DNA of 64,000 nucleotides from contig CM082583.2 of the NCBI GenBank assembly GCA_040954595.2, positions 1,498,925 through 1,562,924 of the forward strand, read 5' to 3'. This document shows positions 1-13,933 of the stretch, piece after piece. How positions within the stretch are numbered: position 1 is the stretch's first letter; each line of letters starts with the position of its first letter. Under the pieces are notes generated by a model. That model saw nothing but the letters and a program-made list of their open reading frames with translations. It made no database searches and was not told where the DNA came from. The position numbers and the translations under genes are program-made. The stretch is from Balanoglossus misakiensis. Its lineage: Eukaryota; Animalia; Hemichordata.

Positions 1-1730
1 CGATTCTGAGCTCCTAGCTCTTGTGGAGACATGCGGAGGTACAGCGGGTTAACGGTTAGGAAGTGTTGATGAAAGGAATGATTAATTACATAGGCCAATC
101 AGGATCCTGGAGTTAGATATTCGAGTGAAATGGTGGAAAAACGGGAATGCCGATTGGTTCAATTTAACCGGAGGGAAATTGCTACATTATATGACGTCAG
201 TTGCGAACGATAATGCATATATTAAGCTAAGGTTGAATCCGGTTTTTCCATCAAGCACAAGCATATTTCAGTCATAAAAAAAACGAAGAGAATAACACTA
301 AAAAAATATTTCCTTTTTAAAAACTTCACTATAGCATTATTATAATGATGTACGTCGTACATAAAATGATACACGTGACATCGACTTGTTCAGAGTTTTA
401 AAACAGGTAGAGAGTGCCCATGGGTAACCCGAAAACACACAAACCGGGTAAAAAATGAAAGTCCTGCGAAGGCCAGGAGTATACACTGAAAAATTACAAT
501 AAATCTAGTACAAAAGTTTGTATCCTCACGAATAATTAACTCTGATTGCATAAGTTTATTTCCGTCTCATTACCTTCTGAAAGCAAATCACTCACTTGCC
601 GGTAAAAATTGAGTAAAATACTACATCTAAACTGCATAGCGATGGCGGCCCATAAAAATAATTGCCCAGTGTCCCACTCGCAATGCACAACTTTTTAGGC
701 CAAGTGCTAATGATATTCGAATTTTCGAAGGTTACGCAATATACACATACATGTATAAATATTAATTTATGAACAATTTCCAGTGTTCACGCTGGGATTT
801 CTTTCGTTCTAGTTTACTCGTTATATAATGTACCAATTCCCTCCGGTAAGTTGAGCCGATTCCCATCACTTTGAGCCAATCGATATTCATGGTTTTTCAG
901 CATTTCAGTCGACTATATTTACACCTGTTGCATGTCTTTGCAGTTTTTGACTTGACGCTTACAACCGAGTCGCACCGCACGCAGTACTATCTTGTTGTCT
1001 TCATGTTTAGTTGTTGTTTTGCGCACACTATTTGCACAAAAATATCTGCTCGTTTTGTTATCAACGATCGAGTATATGTTAGGAAGTCCGACATAGAGAA
1101 CTTTGTTCTAAATATTCAATGCCCCACAAATGATATACTAGACTGCTCGACACAACACACCCCAGCCATACTCCATTAGTACACGCCACAAACACCGTAT
1201 TTATACAGCCTGAGGGATTTCAGCTTCGAACTTATTGCCCAATCATATTCGACTATTTCCAACCAATCCCCTTCTGACTAATTGACCAATCACACGCTTC
1301 GAGCATAATTTCCAAAAAGGGAAAACTAACGAATTTGCTACATCTTTCCGGTTTCATCTTCAACAGTTTCTAACATTCTTTTGGACCCCCCCCCCCCTCG
1401 ATAAACACCCATACTCAAAGGGTAACTTCATTTAATTGTCAGTAAATAAAATCAATTCACAGTCTTATTACATGTACTATTTATAATATACTCAAATTTC
1501 CACTACAAAATATCTGTATATGTGCGTTAAATTCTGAAATCTTTCCACCCAAACCTCTAGTTATGCAAATTTAAATTGCTGTCTGTTGCGTTCGCCTACG
1601 GTTTCTCATTTTCGGACATTCGAATCTAACTCCTGATTGGCCTATAAACTTATTTCTTTCATCAACACTTTCTAACCGTTAACCCGCTGTACCTCCGCAT
1701 GTCTCCACAAGAGCTAGGAGCTCAGAATCG
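1..1730. repeat. Inverted repeat pair: 1-~125 vs ~1612-1730 (left copy probably continues beyond the window)
   Basis: 1-79 (cgattctgagctcctagctcttgtggagacatgcggaggtacagcgggttaacggttag) is the near-exact reverse complement of 1653-1730; weaker similarity continues through a CCAAT motif (taggccaatcagga / tcctgattggccta). A second diverged inverted pair lies at ~143-195 vs ~820-866. Confidence 0.9.
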
Positions 1731-2067
1731 GATGAACGAGACAAGCGGTCTCTCACGTTTAGTAACCGTAACACCGTTAAAGGTAGGTTTTCATTGATTC
1801 TAATAAGTCTCCGTTCAACAACATTTCAAAGATTCTCCATAACCCAGTAGTTGCCACTGTGCTTCAATGAAATATTTCCTTTCAAACTTGCAAATGGTAA
1901 CCGAATCTCAAATCGCAAATCTTTCCATTTTTAATAACGAAGTCGGATGCCGCAATCACCAACTCACTTTTTTATTGGACTCCATCATTCTAATACTTTA
2001 CTTCAATGTTCAAAAATTGTGTAAAACAATATCCACTCTCAATCTATATTTCAGGTTTAACGGCGTT

Positions 2068-2961
2068 ATGGCATCCCCGGCTCCCGGTCCCTCATCCCCA
2101 ACCAGCCAAGGCGTGGCACTGAAATTGCGCGTCATGGAGGATGTCGAGATCCGGAATTCCGCCAACGGGAAACTGTTTAGCGTGCCTTGTATGCAGCAGG
2201 ATGGCAACGTTCTGGAACTTAAATTCTGGAAAGAAAATCCGAAGTGGCTGAACAGATTACAGAAGGGAGAATACGTACAGCTCCGCAACTTTTCCACTGG
2301 AAGAGATAATACCATTTGCCTCTATGATAGAGCAAAGGTACGTTATAATCGCACCCCGAAACTTATGGGCCTGACTTTTTTTTTGCCGTAGTCATTTTGG
2401 GTATCTTAACCTCCCATCTTCTACATTTTTAGAAATTTACTCTACAAAATTGAATGACCCATTACATTTTAGAGACCTTTCCCGAATTCAACCGAAGCCC
2501 AATGGGAAGGTCTTCGGATGTAATCCAATATGGCAGCCTCCATGCGATCACGTACATTGAAAATCCATTTATATGATACAACCATGCCTTGTCAACTCAC
2601 CTCGGGTCAAAATTACTGCCATCGATTCATCATTTTGCAGTTCAAATTTTAAAAAGCAACTGACAAAAAACAACCACTCTTGCACTATTTCTCCACAACA
2701 TTTACTACTCGTAATTATTAACATTCAATGTTTTCCATTTTATTTCCACTACAGTATGAATCAGTGACACATACATCGAATTCTACAAAGAGACGTAAAC
2801 TGACCATAACTGATGGCGCAAGAGATGCTGAAGTCAACCTTTGGGGTGAGAAAACAGCGCTGCCACTGGATGTAGGTGCCACAGTTAAACTAGGCCCATT
2901 GGTTATCAACAGATATAAAACATCGTCCACATTAAATACAACAGCGACAACTGAAGTGGAG
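2068..2961 (+). CDS. Spliced tandem OB-fold (RPA/SSB-like) protein, partial model: exons 2068-2337 and 2755-2961; linker exon and 3' end unresolved
   Basis: Acceptor tttcag before ATG 2068; phase-0 donor aag|gtacg at 2338; acceptor ccactacag|tat at 2754; donor gag|gtgag at 2962. Peptides VLELKFWKENPKWLNRLQKGEYVQLRNF and KRRKLTITDGARDAEVNLWGEKTALPLDVGATVKLGPLVINRY follow the RPA-type OB-fold pattern (recognised by eye). Probable non-coding exon ends at aaag|gtagg 1783. Confidence 0.65.
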
Positions 2962-5900
2962 GTGAGACATAAAATACTGTTCCTGATGCTCCGTGAGAAC
3001 TGTCAAGTAGCCACGGTTCTAGGCGACATAGGATGGATGTCCACGGTACGGGAGGAGGCCATGCATGTATACGGGAAGGAAAAGACCGAAGCCAACCTGC
3101 CCGTACCATCCGACGCAGCCATAAAAACCTGCACACTACCTCGGGAGTTCAATCCAGGCCGCGTACGTAGGGGATTCGTTGGCCATATCTCCCCGCAAGA
3201 GCCCACAAGAACCACCACCGCAGCTGACGACCTGGAGGAAACTTTGAGCATCTTCCGGGATCCGCAGCTGGAAAAACAGGTACTCGGTGGCGACAAGGAC
3301 CAGGCGATGGAGGTGTCGGAAGGGCCAGGGCCACCGGAGTCCATGGTGATGATGAAGCGCCTGTGCGTCTTCCAGGGGTGGGAGGTGCCGAACAGGTTCC
3401 GACTGAGCTCCCCCACCACACCAGCGATTCTCATCCACTGGCGTGTCCTTAGCATACTGCTGAGGTGGGTATCCCAATCACGACAGGAAGAATTCCGGGA
3501 AATCCGACCTCACCGGAAAACATCATCAATCCGGACACAGCAACCAGAGAGGACGGGGGCGGAAGCAGTCGCACAGAATCCATCGACGCAGGGGGAGCGA
3601 GGACGCGCCAGGGGTTTTTGATGCATTTTTTATCCCCCAAGCGTGCGCGGAGGAGTGCCGAGTGGAAGACGCGCCCACCACCATAGATGACCTCACTGAC
3701 TACGATGTTGGTGTCCCCCCCCCCCGCATGTTTAAAGGTTTCTATAGAAAAGCATTGTTGAGGTTCACAAAACTTTGAAGAAGCTTTGCAACCCTAACTT
3801 TGGCCAAAGATTTGAATGTTAAGGTTTCACAAACGTAGTTACAGCTGAGGTTCAGCTAAGACTAGTATAAGAGGCTTCAGCACGCCAAGTCTTGTAGCAA
3901 GCTTCAACACAAAGCTTTTTGCAACATTGTTCAAAGCGTTGTCAAAGGTACTGCACAACCCTGGTGAAGTAGTGCTATATTTTCAATTAAATGGCTTAAG
4001 CCATTTGTCTCTCCAACCAGAATTGCACCAGAGTTAAATACACACAGCTTGAAATTGTAAAATGTTGCAAAATCAAACGATCACATCCTTACACCTATTA
4101 TTAGAACCAGAAGTTGAGTCAAAATTTTCCTACCTAGAAATTTTCTTTCCTATGAAGTTTTTTGCTTATTGGCATTCATATGGGAGCCTTAGCCTATTCC
4201 AGCTGAGTTGCCAAAATGGCAATGTTGGACAATTCTTCTAATATGCATGATCAAAAATGGCCGCCAAATACCTTCTCTAAATAAAACTTGGCCCTTTTTT
4301 TCTCAAAATTATGTGTAATATCTAAAATTTCAGGATTTGCATCCATATTGGTTATGTATTGCAAATATGGCAGTGTTTGGCAACTTTTCTATTTTGCATA
4401 ATCAAAAATGGCCGCCAATCACCACTAAAAGTGAAATTTTGCCATGTTTCCCAAAATGATGCGCAATATCGTATTTTCAGGATTAGCACATTCATATGGG
4501 TACCTTTAACAATACAACTGTGTTGCAAATTTGGCAGTGTTACCGTACTAATCATGAAGCAAGGAAGTACAACCTCTGTATCCCAAATATATGTCTATCC
4601 CCACTGATAGGAGTCACAAAGAGCCAGCCCCTCTGCATCATCCTGTTCCTCAATCTCACGATGGGAATCCTTTTCAGAATTCCGACCTCAAAACATCCAG
4701 GGAATCACCATCATTCACCACACCCTCGTCAGCATCCACCATGTTTAGATCCAATGCCTGAACATGTTGTCTCTTTATCTATGGATTGCGTTAAAGGCCA
4801 GTGGGAGTTTCATCTCCTTTTTTGCAATTTTGACCATTTTTATCTGGTGCATAATGCTAGAGTACATATCATCCATACAGGATGATGCATGTACAGTGAT
4901 GGGAAATGTATCAATCCACTCCTGCACTAGATTTGCATACAGTGCCATACCTTTTAGGGCTATTTTCTTGACCCTTTTGATAGTCTGCTGGCCAAAAGTG
5001 GCTGGCCAAAGTGGCCAGCAGAGACATTCTTCCAATACCCTTCATAGTGCCAACAGACAAGGCTTGGATATACAACCTGTGTTGCTTGTAAGGCACACAT
5101 CTCCAATTGGTACATTGGGCCAATTATACTGTACATGTACAGCTAGGAAAAAAATATACTTCATCATAGTTTCCATGGTCAGCAGCTTCAATAACTTGTT
5201 GCCTTTTCTTACTGAACATTTAGACTTATAAAGAAGTATAACAAGAATAAAGTTGTCCAATTAGTGTTGGCAGGGGGGTGGGGGATGTGTTCTCCCATAC
5301 AAAGGTGTATAGGTATGTGGTCTTTAAGAAAAACTTGGGGTAAATGACCAGAAAATTTGACTTATAATACAAATAGGTCGGGTTTTGGGCATTTACACGT
5401 GTTGATGTTATCGACTGGGGCGACAGACTACCATCCGAAAAAATTTCAAGTACCCCCCCCCCCTCGGGTGCCGGCCAGTGGGATGGAGGTGATAGAAACT
5501 GTTGCAGATACAATAGAGGCCTACAACCTGAAAACCTTCTGGCTTTAACCGAGGACTTGCCATTAAAGATACCTGTAGGCCCCTATATGCTGCTCCCACA
5601 TACACTCCCAGTCCTAAACCTTGCATCTGATTTGTGGTGCAGATGAAGAATTAAGATTGGCTTGACAATTAGCACACTTAATTGGATGTTATGAGATATA
5701 ATACATACAATCATGGGACAAGAATGGCAAAAGTTAAATTATCCAGCAGGTGTTTGAATTATGCAAATTAGAGCAGTGGTCTAATATTGCCATGTCAACC
5801 ATGTTGAAATTGTTTTAGGTACCCATATTAATGGAAACCCTGCAAATTCGATATTACACACCATTTAAAACAAATATGGGAAATTAACATGTTAGAGAAA

Positions 5901-6513
5901 TTTGGCGGCCATTTTGGATTATGCAAATTAGAACAGTTGTCTAATATTGCCATGTCAACCATGTTGAAATTGTTTTAGGTACCCAGGAGAGTTGAATGAA
6001 AATGCCATTTGCAATGCAGTTGTCTTGTATTGGGTGCCCATATTAAGGCATTCTTGAAAACGAAACATTATTCATCATTTTGACGCAAACAGAAAAGGTG
6101 TTCAAATGCAAATTAGAAGAGTTGCCCAACCCTGCCATATTTACAATACAGTTGTAGTGACTGTCAACTCGACTACAGACAGTCTCGATGAACACAAGAC
6201 ATGATCCCAATTTGCAAGCTGAGTTGAAACTGACTGCTGCAGTAACTTAGCTGTGGGAATGTCTTGTGTGATTTAAAACAATGATGACCAAATTTAACAC
6301 AGTTTCTCTGAGGTAACCATTTAGCTTTCGTGACTAAGTTTGTTTAAGAATCCTTTATTCTACCCAAGGAACAAATTTCCTTAGAATTTCACAACTGAGA
6401 CACAGTTTACAGATATACAAAAAGTGCGTACTACAAACATAAGAAATTGTTTGCATTTTTTTTTCTGATGGCAATGCATTTGACTGTAAACAGACATTGA
6501 CGTCCTTTAGTAA

Positions 6514-7340
6514 GGGACTGTTCAGTTTTGGTGGAGGGGGGGGGGCAAAAGTTTGTGTCATTGGTTTTCAAAATCAGGCCGACACCCCCTTCAACCAGGA
6601 CCAAAAAAATGATGACCCCCCCCCCCCCCTTTGACAGGACCAAAATATGATTACCCTCCTCCGACCCCGAAAACATTCGCCATCCTTATCTTATGTACAC
6701 TGACTGTATGCAATAAAGGTAAAGGGTCTCCTCACACCTCAATTCTAAATTTCTTAAAGAAATTTATAATTTGAAGTGTATAATAGTATAGCGTTGCAAT
6801 AAAGAAGGTCTATGGATAAATTAAAAGGACACGTCAATACAATAGTTGGTAGAATTGGTAAAACAAGAAAAGTGGAAGGGGTGGGTGTACGTAGGACAAT
6901 TTTGTAAAATACAATTAATGCATTTTAATGAACTCAAAGGCAAATTAACTTAATGTTGGGGAGGACAAATTTGACTTTTGCCACTCAAAGTTAACATCAG
7001 TGGGGGTGGGATGGCAAGTATTCTGCCCTGGTACACTATATGTGGCGAAGAAATAAGGGGATGGGTGTGGGAGGGGATGTCCCCCTTCCACATAAGAAAA
7101 CTTTGTAAAATATGTAGCTCAAAGTTGCATTTTAATGAAGTCAAAAGCAAATTATCTCAATGTTTGAAAGGACCAATTTTACTGTTGCCACTCCACTCAA
7201 AGTTAGCATCGGTGGGTACATGTATATGACCTCCCCCCTAAACGTTTGAAAAAAAGATGACTCCCTCTTTTGGATTTCAAAATTTAAGTGACCCCCTGGA
7301 TTTTGCCAGCCTCCCCCCACCGTAAAAACTGAATGGTCCC
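6514..7340. mobile_element. Non-autonomous PIF/Harbinger-type MITE (Tourist-like), TAA TSD
   Basis: TIRs gggactgttcagtttt / aaaactgaatggtccc flanked by taa (6511-6513, 7341-7343); absent at the homologous sites ~17760, ~26130 and ~33690. Confidence 0.75.
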
Positions 7341-8599
7341 TAAGCGCTATTTTGTCAGTGAAATGGCTCCATTATTATCCCTCCAACCATAGTTGAAACG
7401 GAGTTAAATATGTACAGCTTGAAATCATAAAATGTTGCAAAATTGAACCAAGAGTTTGGTCAATGATCAAGTTCTTACAGCTATTACTAGAACCATACAG
7501 TCTCAGCGAACAAGAGACATTGGTCCGATTTGCAAGCCGAGTTGGAACTGACTTTGCCTGCACACAGATGTGCCAATTTCAGCGAATCTTATCGTATTTA
7601 AAAATGAATATGGAGAATTGTTATCTGTGTTCCTATTGCTAGCCTACATACATGTAGCTGTTGTCATTCTAGTGTTTTTTTTCTGTATACCAAAATTGCC
7701 ACACTGTTTGGGATACTTTTATCAAATGTTATGTGATACTATATCAGCCTGTTTTGGGGATCTTGACAATGACATATATTAGACTTTTCATACACAGCAT
7801 GAGGTAGAATTTCAGAAAAAGATTAGGTAATAAGACTGCATATCTCATAGGAAATAATCACTTTAGAAGTATTACGATAAAAAAAAATCATTTCACTCTT
7901 ATTGGGAGCATACATTTGTAAAACATACATACAGACATGAATACAGACATAGAGAGATCAAGGTGTATACGATTTTCAGTGGGGGAGGGGGTCCTCCTTA
8001 ATTGCAAACAACTATGTAATGGTAATTTCCCTTTTATAATAACAATTTTCGAGGTATAAGGAAAAAATATCAAACAAAATAAACAAAAAAACTAATTCAG
8101 CTATGATTTGATTCAATTATCATTCTAAAGAAGCACATATCATTAACTCACAACTAAACTTTTAAAGTGATCAACCATGCACTTTCTGAGAATTTTTTTT
8201 ATGCCCCCAAAATACAATTTTTTCATTTTCAGAACATTTATGATATATCACAGTAAAAAAATCCCCTGGAAACTGCAAAACAAAAAATTGCAAAGCAATC
8301 AAACAAAAATGGCAAAAATTGTCCACAAAAACTATATTGACAGTTCCATCATAGGATTTGTTAAAATGTCGTGATAACACACCTAGGAACCTGCAAACCA
8401 AATTTCAAAGAACTGTGAGTAGAGGTTTTTGAGTATTTGACCAAAATCACCCCAAAAATATACTTCAAACCAGATATTAACTGAATATGCTCACGTGCAG
8501 TACTGTGATTGGTTGACAGAATAACAAGATTAGAAAAACCAGTGTTAAACCAATTTGGTTTATAGTGTATATGGTGTAAGGGTTGTGTGTTGCACCATT

Positions 8600-9648
8600 G
8601 TGAAATGTAAACATGTTTGTGGAATTGTTGCCTTGTCAATTTTTGTAAGGGGTTATGAGTCATGTACCCCATCCTGAACTGCATAAAAAGATAAGTCTAT
8701 GGAATTCTAAAACTCGTTGATCAAAAATGGCAAGAAATATACCAAAAAGTATGAATATTTCACCAGATTTCAACAAATCTGATTTCTGTTCATGCCTAAG
8801 AACCTCTTTAACAAGTTTCAATAAGGAAGACATTTTGGCAAACAACAGGTAATTCAGACAAATCTGACTGATATCACATATATGAATTCCCATTCAAAGT
8901 TTCCAATCAATTGGACTTGTGGTTTTACTGAAGACTATTTGGCCAAACCCTGCAGAATTCCCAAAAAATACAATTATGCAAATTTCTTTACAATTTGATC
9001 ATATCTGACTGAGATCACCCCTAGAAACCCAAATACAAAGTATCAAAACAATTGCACTTACAGTTTCACGGGATTTGATTTTTTGACAAAAACAGGAAAT
9101 ATTGCCCAAAAATGCATTTTTGCAAATTTCACCACCGTTTGCACAAATGTGATTCAGGTAAGCCCTATGAACCTCCATACCAAGTTTCCAATCAATTGGA
9201 CATGTAATTTCAGAGAAGAATTTTTTTAAACAAAACTGCAGAAAATTCCCCCAAAAATTCATAAAAAATAGCAAACGCCAGATACTGACTCCACCTGAAC
9301 AAAATCATACGAGGTCTTCCCATAGTACTTGCACACCAATGCACGCCAATTTTTAACTGAATCTGATCCGCTGTTATTAAGTTTTTCAATTTTGACTACT
9401 TGAACATTTTTCCAGTTAATACCAGTATGCATTTTTTCGCAATAACAATTTCTATGTACACACTAAATATCAGTAGTTTCAAGTTTTTGATGTTGATGGA
9501 CATACACATACATACATCAATACATTTAGACGAAACTGATCCATTCGCAAAATACATAATTCTGTATGAGGCACACATACAGACATACATAGACGACGGA
9601 CACCAACTTATGCTATAAGCTGACATTGATATACATGTTAGCCAAAAA
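8600..9648 (-). mobile_element. Helentron-associated (HINE/DINE-like) element; only the 5' end at ~9648 is well defined
   Basis: Minus strand begins ttttt-ggctaacat...atgtcagct (short inverted repeat) followed by a gtct/atgt microsatellite, the typical HINE 5' layout; body has degenerate internal repeats. Left boundary approximate. Confidence 0.45.
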
Positions 9649-10559
9649 CCAAAATCAACCTCAAAATAGACATTAAAATATATTGCACCACCATGAGAAG
9701 ACAAATTCATTTTTCGACAAATTTTCTGGGGCGTCATTGATATAGCATGGCATATTGTCAAAGTACGTAGTCTCTGTGATAAGATTCCATACACACAAAA
9801 TGGTAACCTTGGAAGTCCAGCTGACGTAGTTATGCAATGGCGTCTCGTGTATTCCGTCGCCAAAAAATCATCGTAAAATTGATAGTCAGGGTCACAATTC
9901 AAGACGACTTTCTCTAAATTCTTTATGAATGGATTAAATCGAAATCGAAATGTTGACGTATGACGTACGGAATGAGATCTGAACAGACATTCAATGTTAT
10001 CATTCTCGCTCGATCACATATTGGGTAAGACATCTAGCAATCGCTATATAGTATTGGCGATAACAGACTGTCTATAAACTCACAAAACGGATTTTACTGT
10101 TGAGTGTGATCAACCGCCACGTTATTTTTCTCTGAACAATAGACAAATAGAAAGCCTGGTGACATTTTGAGATTGACTGCGTGAGGACCACAATATGCGT
10201 GAATCATTTACGGTTTGTCTTGATGAATGGGTCACGTCATAGTCATAACGCGGATTCGGCTGCACGCCAACTATCCGCCATATTGTCTCCACTAACTTAC
10301 TCGTAAGTAGTTTCAAACTTCATTTGAAAAGAGTATTCGTCTGACGGTCCTGTAGATTAACAATTTACGCTCTATGAAGCAACTAAACAACGTTAGCTTC
10401 CTTGTGGATTCACGTAGGGAAGTTATTCGTAACGACGGGTACAGTGTCTGAGCATGGACAGAACCACGGCAATATCGCCAGGAATGTCTCATTTCACAGC
10501 GCCCTCAAACAGTCGATCTCCTCAAACTATCGTTTCCACTGGTCATATATGCGGCATAA

Positions 10560-10817
10560 AGCTCACATAGACAACCATGTAATAGGAAAATTAAAACTTA
10601 AATAACTTCATTAATATCAAAGCCACACGCACCAAAACCTTTTCAGTTCTTGCCATATGATATCTGAACCTGTGTACTAAATTTGGTTGAAATCGGTTCT
10701 GCGGTTCTTGAGATATCGGGTATACAGACAGACACACACACACATACATACATACACACACACACACACAGACATCGCTAAACCATAAGCTCACGTGATT
10801 TTCACGTGAGCTAAAAA
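10560..10817 (-). mobile_element. HINE/DINE-like element 5' portion
   Basis: Minus strand tttt-agctcacgtga-aaa-tcacgtgagct palindrome followed by a (gt)n/(atgt)n/(gtct)n microsatellite (10722-10772); absent from the right arm. Confidence 0.6.
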
Positions 10818-11559
10818 TGAAAAAAAATCCATGAGGTCTCAAAATGAATACACACCAATTTCTAAAGCAATTTGACCAGTTTCCACCAACTTCACATTGG
10901 TCCCAGTGGTAGATAGACATATACGAAATGGGAACCAAAGAATAAAACACATTTCAAAGATTTAACACATCTTTTTCCTCAAGAGTGTTTTTCAAATCTT
11001 CTCCACATCCTTCAAAATCGCCACCATAAAGCCATATTACTTGTAGTGCTTATGTTTGTCATATCTAGGTGATGCATACCACTATAGATGTGTACCCTTT
11101 GTATAGAGGCAGATTAAACAGGTGTGGTACCTGTTAAATATCTGACTTCTTTAAATTACAGCCACAATCGTCTGTCAACAAGATGTTCATGTAGATGTAT
11201 ACCTAGCAGTAAGCTTATTTAGATTGACAAATCTTAGATGAAAATAATGAAAAAGTGGCACAACCCTTAGGGCTTTAACTAGCAGCTTTATGCCAGATGA
11301 GTTCGAGTCTAACGATGTAATGTTGACATTAAGGTTTCATTGAAATAACTTGGGAACCTCTCTACTATTTGAAGCACCAAAGCAGTGAAAAACTTCCTTC
11401 TTTCCCTGAGTTTTTTATGAATATGTTCTAATCTGGGACAACAATTTGTTGCCAAGTGTCTTGACCCCTTTACCAAATGTCAGGGACCGGATTTTTTTCA
11501 GCAAAATTTCAAATAACCTTGGCTGATTTTTTACCTACTTTCACATATTGGGTAGCATG

Positions 11560-12780
11560 AAACAAAGTATGGCTTCCAGAAGGGTTATAGATACAGTGTT
11601 TTGTAATAACAAGAATTAACATGAAACTATAATTTCATGGTTAATTTAGGACCGCCTTAATCTATGGTAATGTCATTAAATATTTGCATATCTAATTGTA
11701 GGCTATCCAGTGGAAGGAGAAACCTAAACATGGACAACATTGGGGTCAAAATTGTTTGACAGAACTTTGGGTGACTTTGGGTAAACCTTGACCAACATTA
11801 CTATATCTTGGCATCCAGAGCAGATGCAACCTTGACACTTGGAGTGATGGAAATGCATAATGGAGTATTATGTCTCAGCTAGTCACAGTGCTTTTGCTGT
11901 GTTTTATGTCTTTTATTCAGCCAAATTAGATGTTTTTTATTACACATTGGCTGTGTTTGCCAGTACTTTTTAGCTGGTCACACTGCCTTAAGACAATGTA
12001 TTCTCAAAATACCATGTAATCATTATGAAGCATATACAGCAGACAAAGTTATGGTATGACTGAACTTGCCCTTCTTTGTGACTAAAGCATGACCGGCCTG
12101 TCTTAGGTGGCCCCTACCTAGGGGCTTTACCCGTCATTGGCTCACAGTCTGAGAAATCAGCTCTGCAGGGAAGTTAACGATGTAACCCACCATTAAAGCT
12201 TGGATTTCCGCTTTTTGTATCTGATGCCTGGCTGAGGCCTTCTTAGGATCTACCCAACGCTGAGTAGGCTATCCCGTCATTGGCACACAGTCTCAGGGAG
12301 GGAGTCAAAAGTTCAGTATACCAGCAAAGCCTTTATATTGTCCATTCTTTTTAAGAGAAGGCTGGCTGCTGTAGAAAAATGTTGATCTCAAATGTATCAT
12401 GTCCAAAAAAAGGCAGACTTCCAGCCCTATTGGTTAGGCTGGCATTAGGTATGTACATAATTAATGAGGCAAGACATAATATTCCATTACATAGTTCCAT
12501 AACTCCAAGTGTCAAGGATGTATCTGTGCCGGATGCCAAGATATAGGAATGTATAGGAATGTAGGTCAAAGTTTACCCAAGATCACCCAAAAGTTTGTCA
12601 AAAGATTTTGACCCCAGAGTTGTCCATGTCCAGGTTACCACATCCACTAGAATAAGATATGCACATATTTAATGAGGTTACAATAGCTCAAGGGGGTCTT
12701 TAATTAACCATCAACATTTAGTTTCATATTAATGCATGTTAATATAATACACTGTATCTATAACCCTTCTGGTAAGCCTA
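11560..12780. repeat. Internal palindrome in left arm (~11575-11880 vs ~12470-12775) around a ~600-bp core; mate at ~30325-31520
   Basis: ccagaagggttatagatacagtgt (11576) vs acactgtatctataacccttctgg (12749); ccttgacacttggagt vs actccaagtgtcaagg. Confidence 0.85.
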
Positions 12781-13786
12781 GAATTAGGTACATGCGAAAG
12801 TTTTTGACAAGATAGATAAATTGTAAAATATGTACATGAACCTGACAATTGACTTAAAATAACATAAGGCAGACTTGATACTTATCGGAGATAGATACTA
12901 ATAACAACAGTGATGTTAATTACACCGGGAATGTTTGTCTTATTATAGCTACATGTAAAAGACTGCTTGAGGTAATGTAATTAAAGTGACCACTTGCGAT
13001 TCACCTTCAAAGTGCTATGCAAGTCTACGGTACATTGTTTTTCCAATGATTGGACAAAGGATATTCATAATGCGTAATTAAGGCTGGATAGCATTTTCAA
13101 TGTAATAAGCCCTGCCTTCACTATAATCTTACGCCAAATCAACATTGTTCAGTTTATGTTAATAATTTCACTAAGGGACACTTGTTACATCAAATTTCCC
13201 AGCAAGGGGTGTCAGATTATTGGGCAAGTGGCATGCATGACATTAGACGATACTTTTGGAAGCAAAGCGGACAGAACACGGCTGGATATAGACTAGGTAA
13301 TTCTGAATGTGACCATGAACTGTACCACAGACTCTGTATTGTATGTTTCTGAAGAATCCCATTTAACCCAGACATCAACATACTTCAACCTTGTAAGAAG
13401 TAGAACATACATGATTTACTAGTAAATATTTGCTAGGTTATTACACACTTTGGATTACACAAAAATAGGTGTGTACACCGCTGTGACATTGCCAAGCAGA
13501 TATGACCTACCAGGTAACCTAATACAATTTCACAGGAATCGGAGTATTTTCAGTGAAAACAACATTTCTTCAACAATGACAAAAACTGCCTCAACCACAA
13601 AAATTCAGATATCAACAAATCCAACAATATCTCACTTCAATCACCACAAGGAACATGCCTACCAAAATTGAAAGCAATTTGACATGCGGTTTCAAAGAAT
13701 ACAAATTGCAAAAATTGCCTCAAGACCACAAATATGCAAATTTCACCAAAATGATATACAGCATTACTTGGGTTACCTCATGGAAC

Positions 13787-13884
13787 CACAAGGAACTCAG
13801 GCTCATAGTTGTGGTCAAATGAATAATATTATTATTATGAATAAAAAATGGAAAAAATATTAAAAATTATTATTATTATTATTA

Positions 13885-13933
<49 letters not shown>

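Noticed and set aside
2962-3686. Continuation of the OB protein in the GC-rich open frames
   Set aside because: A good donor exists at 2962, several frames on both strands are open and none has a recognisable domain; left unresolved.
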